Below, piece after piece: positions 17,681 through 29,866 of a DNA stretch of 41,227 bases. Both the position numbers and the translations under genes were made by a program. The notes below the pieces were generated by a model, which ran no database searches, was not told the DNA's origin, and saw only the letters and a program-made list of their open reading frames with translations. The stretch is taken from positions 1 to 41,227 of the forward strand of contig CAZHRR010000003.1 of the NCBI GenBank assembly GCA_964534955.1, in the 5' to 3' direction. How positions within the stretch are numbered: position 1 is the first letter of the stretch; the number at the start of each line of letters is the position of its first letter. Origin of the DNA: an uncultured bacterium (GTDB lineage Bacteria; Fidelibacterota; Marinisomatia; Marinisomatales; UBA2128).

Positions 17681-18864
17681 CCTCCGATAACCCCTTGTTT
17701 TTTGCCAATTATAATAAAAGCCTCAATCGCTTTATCCAACTGTCTCTTTGAATGCGCCGCGCTAATCTGTACCCGTATACGGGCTTCACCTTTGGGGACT
17801 ACAGGATAAGAAAAACCGATCACGTAAATTCCTTTTTTCAACAAGTTAGCTGCCATATCTTGGGCAAGCTGTGCATCCCCCAGCATAATAGGTACGATTG
17901 GATGAATGCCAGGATGGATGTCGAAGCCGGCTTCTGTCATTTTCTCACGGAAGTATATAGTATTTTCCTCCAGCTGGTCCCGCAGTTCAGTCGTCTCTGA
18001 CAGCATATCTATGCAGGCGATACCGGCTGCAACAATAGCTGGTGCTAATGTATTGCTGAAGAGATACGGCCGGGAGCGCTGCCTCAGGATATCCACAATT
18101 TCCTGCCGCCCGGAAGTGAATCCGCCACTGGCTCCGCCCAAAGCTTTCCCCAAAGTTGAAGTGACGATATCCACTCTTCCCATGACGCTACAATGGTCAA
18201 TGGAGCCCCTGCCTGCAGGACCAAAAAATCCGGTAGCGTGGGAATCGTCCACCATAACAAGGGCGTCATACTTCTCCGCCAGATTGCAGATATCTTTCAG
18301 CTTAGCCACATCGCCATCCATTGAAAAGACACCGTCGGTAGCGATTAGGCGGGTCTTGTGTGATTTTGTCTGCTTAAGTACATTCTCCAGTGCGGAAAAG
18401 TCGGAGTGAGGATAGCGGAACCGTTCAGCCTTGCAGAGGCGGATACCGTCTATGATGGAGGCGTGATTAAGCTGATCAGAGATGACTACATCTTCCGGCC
18501 CTAACAGTGTTTCGAACAGTCCACCATTGGCATCGAAGCAGGATGTGTAGAGGATAGTATCATCCATCTGAAGGAATTGGGCGATCTTCTTCTCCAGCTC
18601 CTTGTGGATGGTTTGCGTACCGCAGATGAAGCGGACAGAACTGAGACCAAATCCCCACTTTTCCAGTCCCTGCTGAGCTGCAGTTATGAGCTCATGATTA
18701 TTAGCCAATCCGAGGTAGTTATTGGCGCAGAAATTTAGGACTGTCTTTCCGCTCACGGTGATTTCCGCACTCTGGGGTGATTGAATTACACGCTCATCCT
18801 TGAACAGTCCAGCCTCACGAATATTTTGCAGTTCCTCAGTCAATTTAGGTGTGATTGTATCCAT
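17677..18864 (-). CDS. kbl: Glycine C-acetyltransferase (2-amino-3-ketobutyrate CoA ligase)
   Basis: [23 protein letters not shown] lysine in [19 protein letters not shown]; start placed at ATG 18864 (or 18867) behind GGAG. Confidence 0.95.
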   Translation of the reverse strand: MDTITPKLTEELQNIREAGLFKDERVIQSPQSAEITVSGKTVLNFCANNYLGLANNHELITAAQQGLEKWGFGLSSVRFICGTQTIHKELEKKIAQFLQMDDTILYTSCFDANGGLFETLLGPEDVVISDQLNHASIIDGIRLCKAERFRYPHSDFSALENVLKQTKSHKTRLIATDGVFSMDGDVAKLKDICNLAEKYDALVMVDDSHATGFFGPAGRGSIDHCSVMGRVDIVTSTLGKALGGASGGFTSGRQEIVDILRQRSRPYLFSNTLAPAIVAAGIACIDMLSETTELRDQLEENTIYFREKMTEAGFDIHPGIHPIVPIMLGDAQLAQDMAANLLKKGIYVIGFSYPVVPKGEARIRVQISAAHSKRQLDKAIEAFIIIGKKQGVIGG

Positions 18865-18956
18865 CATTTCTCCACTTAGATTCTTGTGTACATTTCTCCA
18901 ATTATCCAATATTCCATCACTCCATTACACCACATCTTCAAAGGTACTACTCTCGT

Positions 18957-19976
18957 TTAAATCTCGTATCGTTTCCTAATCTCAGGAATCAGGTAGTCTT
19001 CGAATGCACTATCGAAATTGTGTTCCGGTTCCCAGCCCCAGTCATTCCGGGCTTTGTGGTCATCCACATTAGCTGGCCAGCTGTCCACGATGGACTGACG
19101 CTTATCGTTGATGATGAAGTCGATTTTTGCTTCAGGGAAATAGGTCAATGTTTTTTCCCGGAATTCACCAGCTGTTGGACTGAACGATGTAACATTGTAA
19201 ACAGAACGGGAGAGAGAGTCTTCCTCCGCTTCCATGAGTTGCAGAATGGCTTCGATTGCATCTGCCATAGTCATGAAGGGTAGGGCAGAATCTTTCCGGA
19301 CGAAACAGTGGTACTGCTTGCTCTGTGCGGCTCTATGGATCATTTCCGGTGCGAAGTCACTTGTTCCGCCGGCGGGTAATGTATGAGCACTGATAAGCCC
19401 CGGTAGTCGAATAGCCCGAAAATCGACCCTGCCGCGGGAAGACTCAGCGGAGAGTCGCTTGTAGAAACGGGAGAAATAGATACCCAGGTTTTCGCAGTAG
19501 AGTTTGTTACAGCCGTAGATGGTTTCTGGGTGGCGGTAATCGTCTTCTCCCACGGGACCAGCCAGATTTTTCGCTTCCAGGCTGGCCATTCCATAGACAG
19601 CAATGGAACTGGGGAAGAAGAACTTCACCGGGCGGCCCTGGCTGATGGACTGCTCCATGGCAAGATGCAGCAAATTGATGGTTCCGCCAACATTAACTTT
19701 ATGGGCTGTCATTGGTGAGAATTCTGCCCGGGTACTCAGGATGGCGGCCAAATGGTAAATGGTAGAGACTTCAAACTCAGCGTTGATTCGCTCCAGCAGA
19801 TTTCTATCAAGTATGTTGCCTTGGATGGATTCCTGTACAAGAGAGTGGATGCTTTCGTCCAAAAAATCCAAGTCGAGACCTACCATATTAGCTCCGCCTT
19901 TTTGGGATAGGGAACGAATAAGCCCTTGACCGATTTCGCCATTGGCTCCGGTAATCAGGATTATTGGTTTTCTCAT
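18957..19976 (-). CDS. SDR/epimerase-type L-threonine 3-dehydrogenase
   Basis: ITGANGEIG, HLAAILS, PSSIAVYG, YGCNK, GGTSDFA and RQSIVDSWP motifs; directly upstream of kbl. Confidence 0.8.
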   Translation of the reverse strand: MRKPIILITGANGEIGQGLIRSLSQKGGANMVGLDLDFLDESIHSLVQESIQGNILDRNLLERINAEFEVSTIYHLAAILSTRAEFSPMTAHKVNVGGTINLLHLAMEQSISQGRPVKFFFPSSIAVYGMASLEAKNLAGPVGEDDYRHPETIYGCNKLYCENLGIYFSRFYKRLSAESSRGRVDFRAIRLPGLISAHTLPAGGTSDFAPEMIHRAAQSKQYHCFVRKDSALPFMTMADAIEAILQLMEAEEDSLSRSVYNVTSFSPTAGEFREKTLTYFPEAKIDFIINDKRQSIVDSWPANVDDHKARNDWGWEPEHNFDSAFEDYLIPEIRKRYEI

Positions 19977-20286
19977 GTTTTAACTGTGTTATTGATATTT
20001 ATTGCTGGTTATTGTCATGAGAACTAATAGTTCATTCATTGCGCTTTCAATAATGATTGTACCTTCTCTATAACCATCTATAACAGATGGAATCAATTTA
20101 GTTTCAGAAGGTATCTCCTGCAAGCCATTTTCACAATTTTCTCGACGAGAAATTGCTTTGCTATAGTCGGGAATCTCCTTGTATCTCCTTAACTCCGCCG
20201 TTAAATTCGAGTCGCTGAATTTCATCAAGACTGCCAACCGAAAACATATTTAACAAATTGTCGGGAAGAAGTTAATAAAGATAGAT

Positions 20287-21072
20287 ATGGGAAGAGTAAT
20301 AGCATTTGTGAACCAGAAGGGAGGTGTTGGAAAGACAACTTCTGCTGTGAACTTAGCAGCTGGCATGGCAGTTTCTGAGAAAAAGACCCTGCTCATAGAT
20401 CTGGATCCTCAAACCAATGCCACCACTGCCCTTTCCCATCTGTTAAAGAATGGATCTGCAACCATTTATGATCTACTCATCGAAAATACTCCCATTGAAG
20501 AAGCTATCACCGAGACCGAATTGGATCACCTCTATATAGTCCCAAGTACGAGCGATTTGGTAGGGGCAGAAATTGAACTGGTGGGGCTCATGGCTCGGGA
20601 ATACCGTTTGCGGGATGCTCTGAAACCTGTTCTGAGGAAGTTTCACTACATTCTGGTGGACTGTCCCCCTTCTCTGGGATTACTGACGCTGAACGGACTG
20701 GCAGCAGCGAAATCTATCCTCATTCCTATACAGTGTGAGTTTCTAGCAATGGAAGGTCTAAACCAACTCCAGAAGACCATTCAGCTCGTCCAACGGCACT
20801 TGAACAAACGTTTGGATATTGAAGGAGTGCTCATTACTATGTTTGACCAGCGGCTTAATCTCGCCAAGCAGGTGGAAAAGGAGGTGAGAAGTCATTTCAA
20901 GAATAGCGTCTTTAAGACTGTGATAAGAAGGAATGTGCGCCTTGGTGAGGCACCTAGTTATGGGAAACCAATCCTGCTCTACGAAGCTAATTCCACCGGT
21001 GCGCAGGACTACCTCAAGTTAGCAGAGGAGATACTCAAGCGTGACAGCAAAAAAACTCGGAAGAGGTCTTAG
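20287..21072 (+). CDS. parA: Chromosome partitioning ATPase ParA/Soj
   Basis: NQKGGVGKTT, DLDPQ, DCPPSLG and RNVRLGEAPSYG motifs. Confidence 0.96.
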   Translation: MGRVIAFVNQKGGVGKTTSAVNLAAGMAVSEKKTLLIDLDPQTNATTALSHLLKNGSATIYDLLIENTPIEEAITETELDHLYIVPSTSDLVGAEIELVGLMAREYRLRDALKPVLRKFHYILVDCPPSLGLLTLNGLAAAKSILIPIQCEFLAMEGLNQLQKTIQLVQRHLNKRLDIEGVLITMFDQRLNLAKQVEKEVRSHFKNSVFKTVIRRNVRLGEAPSYGKPILLYEANSTGAQDYLKLAEEILKRDSKKTRKRS

Positions 21073-21904
21073 CGCCCTTATTAGAGAAACCACCGATGAG
21101 ACTGCAGGTCCCGATTCCATCCTGCAGATTCCCGTAAGTCTCATTGCTCCCAATCCCCATCAGCCCCGGCAGAAGTTTGACGAGGATAGCCTTCATGAGC
21201 TGGCCGAATCCATAAAATCTAAGGGTATCATCCAGCCCATCACCGTTCGGGCTGGTGAGGATAAATATGAATTAGTGGCCGGCGAGCGAAGACTAAGGGC
21301 TGCAAAGTTAGCAGGATTGACGGAAATCCCGGCGCATATTCTGGTTGTGGAAGATGACGCTGAGATGATGGAATATGCTCTTATCGAGAACATCCAGCGT
21401 GAGAATCTGAATATTATGGAAGAGGCAGTAGCGTTCTCTGTTCTCGCTAAAAGGTATAAGATGTCTCACACGGCTATTGCTGAAGCTGTCGGTAAGGGAC
21501 GTGTTGCCATATCCAATACCCTCCGTCTTTTGAAGCTTCCACCGGAAATACGCATGAGCCTGCGGACAGATGAGATCACGGCTGGTCATGCCCGAGCACT
21601 ACTTGCCCTGAAAGAGCCTAAAGCCATGATCAAGCTCTGGAAGCATATTGTAAGTCATGGAGAGTCTGTAAGAACGACTGAAGAGATGGTGTCGAAATTT
21701 CTTGCCGGCGTCAAGAAAGGCAAAAAGCGAACTAAAAAACAGAAAGGTGCAGCACTGCAACGCATTGAAGATGAGCTGATCTCTCTTCTCGGAACCAAGG
21801 TTGTGGTTAAACCAAAGTCAAGGGGAGGAAGCATCGAAATCGAATACTATTCAGACGATGACTTGGATCGTCTAATAGAGTTACTCTCTGAACTGAATTC
21901 ATAA
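21041..21904 (+). CDS. parB: Chromosome partitioning protein ParB/Spo0J
   Basis: LGRGLSALI, NPHQPR, AGERRLRA, ENIQRENL and GHARALL motifs. Confidence 0.96.
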   Translation: MTAKKLGRGLSALIRETTDETAGPDSILQIPVSLIAPNPHQPRQKFDEDSLHELAESIKSKGIIQPITVRAGEDKYELVAGERRLRAAKLAGLTEIPAHILVVEDDAEMMEYALIENIQRENLNIMEEAVAFSVLAKRYKMSHTAIAEAVGKGRVAISNTLRLLKLPPEIRMSLRTDEITAGHARALLALKEPKAMIKLWKHIVSHGESVRTTEEMVSKFLAGVKKGKKRTKKQKGAALQRIEDELISLLGTKVVVKPKSRGGSIEIEYYSDDDLDRLIELLSELNS

Positions 21905-21928
21905 TGTCCACGATGGACACTTCGTGAA

Positions 21929-22720
21929 ATGGCCAGAAAACGGTATACTGTTGTCTTTGTTCAGGAAGAGGGAGAAACCAGTCGTAACTTTTCTGTCTCT
22001 AAGCTGCAGTTGTGGACTTTGCTCATTACTGGATTGGTAGTTATAGCAGCTGGATTCGTCATAGGATTCCTTGCGGTTCCAAAGGCTTTTGAGTATGATG
22101 AGCTTCTGGCAGAGAATGAGTTGCTTAAAGCTGATCGTTCTTGGGTACTGGCTGAACTCGAGAAGGAGCTTCTAAATCTGAAAGCCATGCGTACTTATGT
22201 TGAAACTATTCTTGGTCCTGATGTAGAGATTCCTATCGATTTGAACTCACCAGATTCACAAGAACCAATCCTGCTTTCCGGTGTGCCTATCAGCGTTTTG
22301 GAAAATCTCCCCACCACTATGCCTGTAGCAGGATATATCACCCAGGGATTTGTACCACCTTCCCGGAGTTGGAAAGGGAGCCATACGGGCATAGATGTTG
22401 CTGCCCCCCAACAGACAGCCATTTTTTCGGCGGCATCAGGTCTAGTGGTCTTTTCAGGGTGGACTCTGGATTTTGGACATCTAATCATTATAACCCATGG
22501 AGATGGATATATCACACTATACGGCCATAATGAAGAAAACCTGGTACAAGCACCTCAGCGAGTGGAAAGAGGGCAACTCATCGCTCTGTTGGGAGAGACA
22601 GGAGATGCTACTGGACCTCACTTACATTTCGAGATCTGGAAGGATGGTGTTCCTGTAGACCCTGTTGGATTTATCGTTGAATATCATGATTATGACATTA
22701 CAGGAGCATCTGATGGCTAA
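21929..22720 (+). CDS. M23 family peptidoglycan metallopeptidase
   Basis: N-terminal TM segment and coiled coil; HTGID, YGHN and TGPHLHFE motifs. Confidence 0.92.
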   Translation: MARKRYTVVFVQEEGETSRNFSVSKLQLWTLLITGLVVIAAGFVIGFLAVPKAFEYDELLAENELLKADRSWVLAELEKELLNLKAMRTYVETILGPDVEIPIDLNSPDSQEPILLSGVPISVLENLPTTMPVAGYITQGFVPPSRSWKGSHTGIDVAAPQQTAIFSAASGLVVFSGWTLDFGHLIIITHGDGYITLYGHNEENLVQAPQRVERGQLIALLGETGDATGPHLHFEIWKDGVPVDPVGFIVEYHDYDITGASDG

Positions 22721-23144
22721 GGACAGCTTGAAACATGTTGGGACTATGATCGGCGCCGATGCTGTGATTCGTGGAGATTTGGTGTTGAAAGGTGGTGCGA
22801 TTATCTGTGGAAAGATTCACGGTAATGTTTTTACTGAGGGTCCAGTCCGGGTCGCCCGGGATGCGTATGTCAAAGGGGATGTGATGGCCTCGGACGCCTA
22901 TGTTGGCGGTCTTGTGGAAGGAAAACTTTCCACTATTGGTAAGGTTGTCCTTCGTGGTCATTCCATCGTTAAAGGAGATATCATCTACCGGAAACTTGTG
23001 ATAGAAGAGGGGGCTCAGTTTGAAGGCAGATGCGATCTCGCACCAGTAGAGAAAGAGATTCAGAACCACTTACCAGATCAAAAGAGAGTCGAAACTTCTG
23101 AAGAGAAACAGGATGATGACACAGATTCTTTCCAAGGGGATTAA
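22713..23144 (+). CDS. Bactofilin (polymer-forming cytoskeletal protein)
   Basis: TMIGADAVIRGDL, repeated V.G.V beta-helix units, LVIEEGAQFEGRC; start reassigned to ATG 22713. Confidence 0.9.
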   Translation: MAKDSLKHVGTMIGADAVIRGDLVLKGGAIICGKIHGNVFTEGPVRVARDAYVKGDVMASDAYVGGLVEGKLSTIGKVVLRGHSIVKGDIIYRKLVIEEGAQFEGRCDLAPVEKEIQNHLPDQKRVETSEEKQDDDTDSFQGD

Positions 23145-23163
23145 TCTGAGTGGTGATAAAGCT

Positions 23164-23412
23164 GTGACCAAACCCGATAACAACTATATGGCCAGAGTGT
23201 TTGAAGCCTTTCAGCAGATTGTTCTCCAAGCTGGTCCATATATGAATGCCTCTTATATGTTAGTAGGATCTATCCTGGGCCTGGGGCTCTTAGGCTACTT
23301 TCTGGATCAATGGCTTGATACATCGCCCTGGCTGTTGGTTGCGGGACTTCTCCTTGGTGTATTAATAGGAATATGGGAGTTAGCCCGGGTGAGCCTTAAA
23401 GGTAAAGTGTAG
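23164..23412 (+). CDS. AtpZ/AtpI family protein
   Basis: LGYFLDQWLDTSPWLLVAGLLLG signature; start uncertain (23113, 23164 or 23188). Confidence 0.85.
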   Translation: MTKPDNNYMARVFEAFQQIVLQAGPYMNASYMLVGSILGLGLLGYFLDQWLDTSPWLLVAGLLLGVLIGIWELARVSLKGKV

Positions 23413-23415
23413 TTT

Positions 23416-23715
23416 ATGATTCTTTCCATTCTTCTCGGTGCTGCCATACCCCTTGTTATCAATCTTGTCACCTTTTTAATTATCAGAACGATTATTAATA
23501 AATCTCCTCAGAAAGCGTTAAGTGCCAACATCTCAGTTTTTGTTATAAGGTTGATACTTTATGCAGCGGCATTAATCATAATCATATCGCTGCTGGATGT
23601 AAAATTTGCAGCTTTTGTTTTCTCGTTTTGTTTGGTTTTTATATTTCTTCAAATAGGTGAAGCATTGTATTTTCAACGATTCTTTTCTAGTACTAAACCA
23701 GACAAAACTCAATGA
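23416..23715 (+). CDS. ATP synthase protein I-like membrane protein
   Basis: Small, highly hydrophobic ORF between the AtpZ-like gene and atpB. Confidence 0.6.
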   Translation: MILSILLGAAIPLVINLVTFLIIRTIINKSPQKALSANISVFVIRLILYAAALIIIISLLDVKFAAFVFSFCLVFIFLQIGEALYFQRFFSSTKPDKTQ

Positions 23716-24575
23716 TTAATCCGCAAGTACCCCCCACATCTGAGCACACCAGTGTTCTGGACGAGGTGGGGCAAGTAATATTGCACCATGTTTCTAACAG
23801 TGAGCCGCTGATTCCTCTTCCTACAGTTTTTGGCATTGATTTGTCTATCACAAAACATGTAGTGATGCTTTGGGTAGCGGCGGTTGTAGTATTCACACTT
23901 TTTTATCTCGGGACCAGGATTTACCGGAAAGAGACTTACCCCATTCCACGAGGTCTCTCAAATGCATTGGAGAGCTTAGTGGATTTTATTCGTACACAGG
24001 TGGTTATTCCTAATGTTGGAAAGGAAGATGCCATGAGATGGGCTCCGCTAATCCTCACATTTTTCTTTTTCATACTGACCACCAATACACTTGGAATGAT
24101 CCCAATTTTCGATCTAATTCCGAAGGGGGGAGGTTCTACAGCTACAGGGAATTTCAATGTAACTGCAGGTTTGGCTACTGTCACCTTTATGTCTATCATC
24201 GTTGCAGGAAGCATAAAGCACGGGTTTGTAGGGCATTGGAAAAATCTGGCACCCGGAGGACATCCTTTAGGTGTCTATTTTATTCTGGTGCCAATTGAGA
24301 TCATAGCCATGTTTGTGAAACCTTTTGCTCTCACTATGCGATTAGCTGCAAATATGACAGGAGGGCACATCGCCATACTCTCCATAACTTCCTTTGTGTT
24401 TATCTTTGCAGAGTTGTTTGGCAGCTGGGCAGGTATTGCCACCGGAGTTTTCATATCTGTGCCGCTAAATGTTGCTATTTCAGCTCTTGAGATAATTGTT
24501 ATACTGATCCAAGCCTACGTATTTACACTGCTAACTTCAATTTTTGTTGGGATGGCAGTTCATCCCCATCATTAG
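23712..24575 (+). CDS. atpB: F0F1 ATP synthase subunit a
   Basis: DLSITKHV, PFALTMRLAANM (essential Arg) and IQAYVFTLL motifs. Confidence 0.97.
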   Translation: MINPQVPPTSEHTSVLDEVGQVILHHVSNSEPLIPLPTVFGIDLSITKHVVMLWVAAVVVFTLFYLGTRIYRKETYPIPRGLSNALESLVDFIRTQVVIPNVGKEDAMRWAPLILTFFFFILTTNTLGMIPIFDLIPKGGGSTATGNFNVTAGLATVTFMSIIVAGSIKHGFVGHWKNLAPGGHPLGVYFILVPIEIIAMFVKPFALTMRLAANMTGGHIAILSITSFVFIFAELFGSWAGIATGVFISVPLNVAISALEIIVILIQAYVFTLLTSIFVGMAVHPHH

Positions 24576-24620
24576 AATCCAATTACATTGTTTTACACTG
24601 ACAATAAGGAGGAATAACAG

Positions 24621-24950
24621 ATGAAACGATTAGTCATGCTTATGGTTGCTTTAATCTTCATGCTCGGGATGGCAGTGCCTGTCTTCGCGGCTGAGACAGC
24701 AGAAGAAGCTGCTGCAGCCGGAAGCGGTTCTACACTTCACTACTTTGGTGCTGCAATCGGTCTCGGAATGGTCGTATCTGCAGCCGGTTACGGAATCAGC
24801 AGATTTACTGCAGCAGCAGCCGAATCCATTGCTCGTCAGCCGGAAGCCGCAGCGCAGATCACAGCAGCTATCAACCTTCCGCTCTTTCTGCTCGAAGGTG
24901 TAGCGATCCTGGGCGAGGTCTTTTGTCTGCTCATCGTGTTGATGAAGTAA
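24621..24950 (+). CDS. atpE: F0F1 ATP synthase subunit c with N-terminal signal-peptide-like extension
   Basis: ARQPE loop, conserved Glu in LLEGV, position between atpB and atpF. Confidence 0.93.
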   Translation: MKRLVMLMVALIFMLGMAVPVFAAETAEEAAAAGSGSTLHYFGAAIGLGMVVSAAGYGISRFTAAAAESIARQPEAAAQITAAINLPLFLLEGVAILGEVFCLLIVLMK

Positions 24951-24980
24951 CGAGTACTGTAAATCTAAACGAGGTTAACT

Positions 24981-25499
24981 ATGGATAATCCTCTCGTACG
25001 AATCGAGCCGGGTCTCTTTATCTGGACAATTATCACGTTTCTGGCCTTATTGGCCGTGTTGGCCAAGTTCGTCTGGAAACCGCTGACGGAAGCATTAGAG
25101 CGCCGGGAAGAGAAAATCCGAAAGTCGCTGGAAGATGCTGACAAAGCCCAAGAACGTCTGGAGCAGATCCAACAGGAAGCCGAGGAAGTTATTGCAAAGG
25201 CTCGTCACGAAGCCCAGGTGGTATTGGAAGATGGCAAAGCGACAGCACAAAAGGTGAAGGATAATATCGTCTCCGACGCCAAGGAGAAAGCCGAGGCTCT
25301 GGTACAGAGCGCTCAGAAGAAGATCAAGATCGAGAAAGAAAGAGCCATCGATGAGATAAAAGGAGATGTTATTGATCTTTCTCTCCAAGTAGCTGAAAAG
25401 CTTATCAAGCGTAACATCAGCAAGGAAGACAATTTAGCGCTGATTCAAGATTCACTGAAAAAAGTCGGCACTGAAGGTGAGAATAGAGCGGAAAGCTAA
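24981..25499 (+). CDS. atpF: F0F1 ATP synthase subunit b
   Basis: N-terminal TM segment, WKPL...L..REEKI, long coiled coil. Confidence 0.95.
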   Translation: MDNPLVRIEPGLFIWTIITFLALLAVLAKFVWKPLTEALERREEKIRKSLEDADKAQERLEQIQQEAEEVIAKARHEAQVVLEDGKATAQKVKDNIVSDAKEKAEALVQSAQKKIKIEKERAIDEIKGDVIDLSLQVAEKLIKRNISKEDNLALIQDSLKKVGTEGENRAES

Positions 25500-26019
25500 A
25501 CGGTACGCTTCCGTCCTCTTGGCGGTCAGCAGAGAGCGAAATGCCGTGGAAGAGGTATATGCTTCGCTGACTCTCCTAAGTAGGTTTGTAAAGAAAGAAG
25601 CGGCATTCAGGACGTTTTTCCTCACCCATCAGCTGGTTGCAGACCAGAAGATAGAGGTACTCGATGCAATTTTGGGAGAGTCCTGCCATCCGTTGGCGAA
25701 GGCGCTTTTTGGCCTTTTGGCTGAAAGGAGGGAACAGAATCTTCTGTCGGATATAGCTCGTGTATTTGAGATGATGCGGGCGGATGAACTCCAAATCCTG
25801 GAGGCAACTGCTTTTACGGCTGAAGAGCTGTTGGAGGATGAATATAGTGCAATCCGTGAAAGTCTGGCTGGCAGTACAGGCAAAACAGTAGAGTTCAAGG
25901 CGAAGGTGGATCCTGAACTCTTGGGTGGTCTAAAACTCCGGCTGGGGAACCTCTTCATTGATGGGTCAATCAGAGGGCGATTGCACTCGCTCAAACGGGA
26001 ATTAACTATTAAGCAGTAA
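25477..26019 (+). CDS. atpH: F0F1 ATP synthase subunit delta
   Basis: AKRYA and VDPELLGG.....G...IDGS motifs. Confidence 0.95.
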   Translation: MRIERKAKRYASVLLAVSRERNAVEEVYASLTLLSRFVKKEAAFRTFFLTHQLVADQKIEVLDAILGESCHPLAKALFGLLAERREQNLLSDIARVFEMMRADELQILEATAFTAEELLEDEYSAIRESLAGSTGKTVEFKAKVDPELLGGLKLRLGNLFIDGSIRGRLHSLKRELTIKQ

Positions 26020-26034
26020 TAGGATTATTTGAAA

Positions 26035-27561
26035 ATGGATATCAAGACGAATGAAATAAGAGATCTCCTGATCAGGGAAATAGAGAAGTTTGATGTTACC
26101 GTTGATGTTGCCGAAGTGGGAGAAGTCATTGAAGTCGGCGACGGCGTGGCACGAGTCAGCGGCTTGGAAAATGTAGTCAGTTCCGAACTGGTTGAATTAC
26201 CTAACGATGTTTTCGGTATGGCGCTAAATCTGGAGGAAGACAATGTTGGGTTGGTACTATTTGGTGAGAGCCATCTGGTTAAGGAGGGTGATGATGCAAA
26301 GCGAACCGGACGGGTAGTGGAAATTCCTGTCGGTGAAGCAATGCTGGGAAGAGTAGTGAATCCGTTAGGTCACCCCATTGATGGAAAAGGTCCTATCGAT
26401 ACAACCGATAGTCTGCCAATCGAACGGAAAGCGTTGGGTGTGTTAGCTCGCCAGCCGGTGAAGAAGCCGCTGCAGAGCGGGCTCAAGGCTATTGACAGCA
26501 TGATTCCCATTGGCCGAGGCCAGCGTGAATTGATTATCGGCGATAGGCAGACCGGAAAGACAGCTATCGCCGTTGATACCATCATCAACCAGAAGAGTAC
26601 CCATGAAACTGATTCCCCGGTATATTGCATTTATGTAGCTATAGGACAAAAAGCGTCTACAGTGGCTCAGGTAGTGGCAAAGCTGGAGGAGCATGGTGCT
26701 ATGGAATACACAACCGTAGTGGCTGCTAATGCTTCGGATCCGGCGCCTCTGCAGTACATAGCTCCATATTCCGGCTGTTCTATGGGTGAATTTTACAGGG
26801 ACAACGAAAGACATTCACTTGTGATATATGATGATCTTTCCAAGCACGCATGGGCTTATCGTCAGATGTCGCTTCTGCTTAGGAGACCTCCCGGCCGAGA
26901 GGCGTATCCAGGAGATGTCTTTTATCTGCACAGTCGACTTCTTGAGCGTGCCAGTAAACTGCACGATGACCTTGGCGGCGGCTCGCTGACGGCTCTCCCT
27001 ATCATCGAGACGCAGGAAGGCGATGTCTCTGCTTACATCCCGACCAATGTTATCTCTATTACAGACGGCCAGATATATCTGGAGACCGGTTTGTTTAACG
27101 CAGGAGTTCGTCCAGCAATTGACGTGGGACTTTCAGTCTCCCGTGTAGGGGGAAACGCTCAGATCAAAGGGATGAAGAAAGTGGCAGGCATGCTTCGTCT
27201 GGACCTGGCGCAGTTCCGTGAGTTGGAGGCGTTCGCTAAATTTGGCTCTGATCTGGACAAGAACACCCGGGCGCAGCTTACAAGAGGTCAGCGGATGGTG
27301 GAGATCCTGAAGCAGGACCAATACTCGCCGGTGGATGTAGCAAAACAAGTGACGATTATCTGGGCTGGTAATAACGGTTCTCTCGATGATATCCCTCTGA
27401 ACAAGGTTGCTGAGTTTGAAGAAAGTTTTCACTCCTTTATGGAAGCGAACTATGGCAGGATTCTCGATGAATTTTCTGCTGTTGGAGAGTTGAGTGAAGA
27501 GAGCGAGAAGACTCTTGAAAAGGCAGTAAACGAATTTAAGGCAGGGTTCTCCGCTGAATAA
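26035..27561 (+). CDS. atpA: F0F1 ATP synthase subunit alpha
   Basis: GDRQTGKT and [20 protein letters not shown] motifs; ATG at 26035 (TTG 26029 is an alternative start). Confidence 0.98.
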   Translation: MDIKTNEIRDLLIREIEKFDVTVDVAEVGEVIEVGDGVARVSGLENVVSSELVELPNDVFGMALNLEEDNVGLVLFGESHLVKEGDDAKRTGRVVEIPVGEAMLGRVVNPLGHPIDGKGPIDTTDSLPIERKALGVLARQPVKKPLQSGLKAIDSMIPIGRGQRELIIGDRQTGKTAIAVDTIINQKSTHETDSPVYCIYVAIGQKASTVAQVVAKLEEHGAMEYTTVVAANASDPAPLQYIAPYSGCSMGEFYRDNERHSLVIYDDLSKHAWAYRQMSLLLRRPPGREAYPGDVFYLHSRLLERASKLHDDLGGGSLTALPIIETQEGDVSAYIPTNVISITDGQIYLETGLFNAGVRPAIDVGLSVSRVGGNAQIKGMKKVAGMLRLDLAQFRELEAFAKFGSDLDKNTRAQLTRGQRMVEILKQDQYSPVDVAKQVTIIWAGNNGSLDDIPLNKVAEFEESFHSFMEANYGRILDEFSAVGELSEESEKTLEKAVNEFKAGFSAE

Positions 27562-28419
27562 ATGGCAAATCTGAAAGACATCCGGGACCGGATAAAGTCT
27601 ATCCGGAGTATCCAGCAGGTGACAAAAGCCATGAAGATGGTTGCGGCGGCAAAACTTCGACGGGCTCAGGAGCGGATGGAACAGGCACGACCCTACGAAA
27701 AGCGCCTGAGTCAGGTTATTCATTCGCTGCTGCCGGATGTGGATCGCTCACTCCTGCCGTTGTTGGACGTACGGGAAGTGAAGAGGGTTGCTTTGGTAGT
27801 GTTTTCTTCTGATCGGGGTCTTGCAGGTTCATTTAACTCAAGTGTTATCCGACGGGCAGAGGAGGAGATTAAATCCATAGGGAAGGAAGCTACTGAGCTG
27901 ATTTGCATCGGTCGGCGAGTACGAGACTATTTCCGCAAGCGTGATTACAATATTGCTGTTGATCATGCTGACTTTTGGAGTGAGCTGAGTTTCACTCATG
28001 CCATGGAGTTTGGTAAAGATGTAATCGAGCTGTTTGTTTCCGGTGAGGTTGACGAGGTGCATGTTATTTTCAACTGGTTCAGAAGTGTCGGTACACAGGA
28101 AATCCGTATGGAACGTCTCCTTCCACTGGTTTACGAAGGAGAGGAGCAGACACTTATTGAAAGACTATACGAACCATCGAAGGACGAACTGGTCTGCTCA
28201 CTCATACCGCGACACATGAACGTGGAGATGTGGAAGTATCTTCTGGAATCATACGCAAGCGAACAGGCAGCCCGCATGGTGGCTATGGATAATGCCACTG
28301 AGAATGCAGGGGAACTTATTCACGACCTGCGGCTGGAGTTTAACAAGCTCAGGCAAGCGGCTATTACCAAGGAAGTATTGGAAATCGTAAGCGGAGCAGA
28401 AGCGCTGAAAACTCAATGA
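27562..28419 (+). CDS. atpG: F0F1 ATP synthase subunit gamma
   Basis: TKAMKMVAAAK, DRGLAG, SEQAARMVAM and RQAAITKE motifs. Confidence 0.98.
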   Translation: MANLKDIRDRIKSIRSIQQVTKAMKMVAAAKLRRAQERMEQARPYEKRLSQVIHSLLPDVDRSLLPLLDVREVKRVALVVFSSDRGLAGSFNSSVIRRAEEEIKSIGKEATELICIGRRVRDYFRKRDYNIAVDHADFWSELSFTHAMEFGKDVIELFVSGEVDEVHVIFNWFRSVGTQEIRMERLLPLVYEGEEQTLIERLYEPSKDELVCSLIPRHMNVEMWKYLLESYASEQAARMVAMDNATENAGELIHDLRLEFNKLRQAAITKEVLEIVSGAEALKTQ

Positions 28420-28453
28420 TGCCGCTTTACACATACAGTCAATTATCAGTTAG

Positions 28454-29865
<1,412 letters not shown>

Positions 29866-29866
<1 letters not shown>

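Noticed and set aside
19989-20237. 82-aa ORF between tdh and parA
   Set aside because: No motif or clear RBS; it occupies the divergent promoter region.
19977-21930. parS site near parAB
   Set aside because: No TGTTTCACGTGAAACA-like palindrome was seen by eye.
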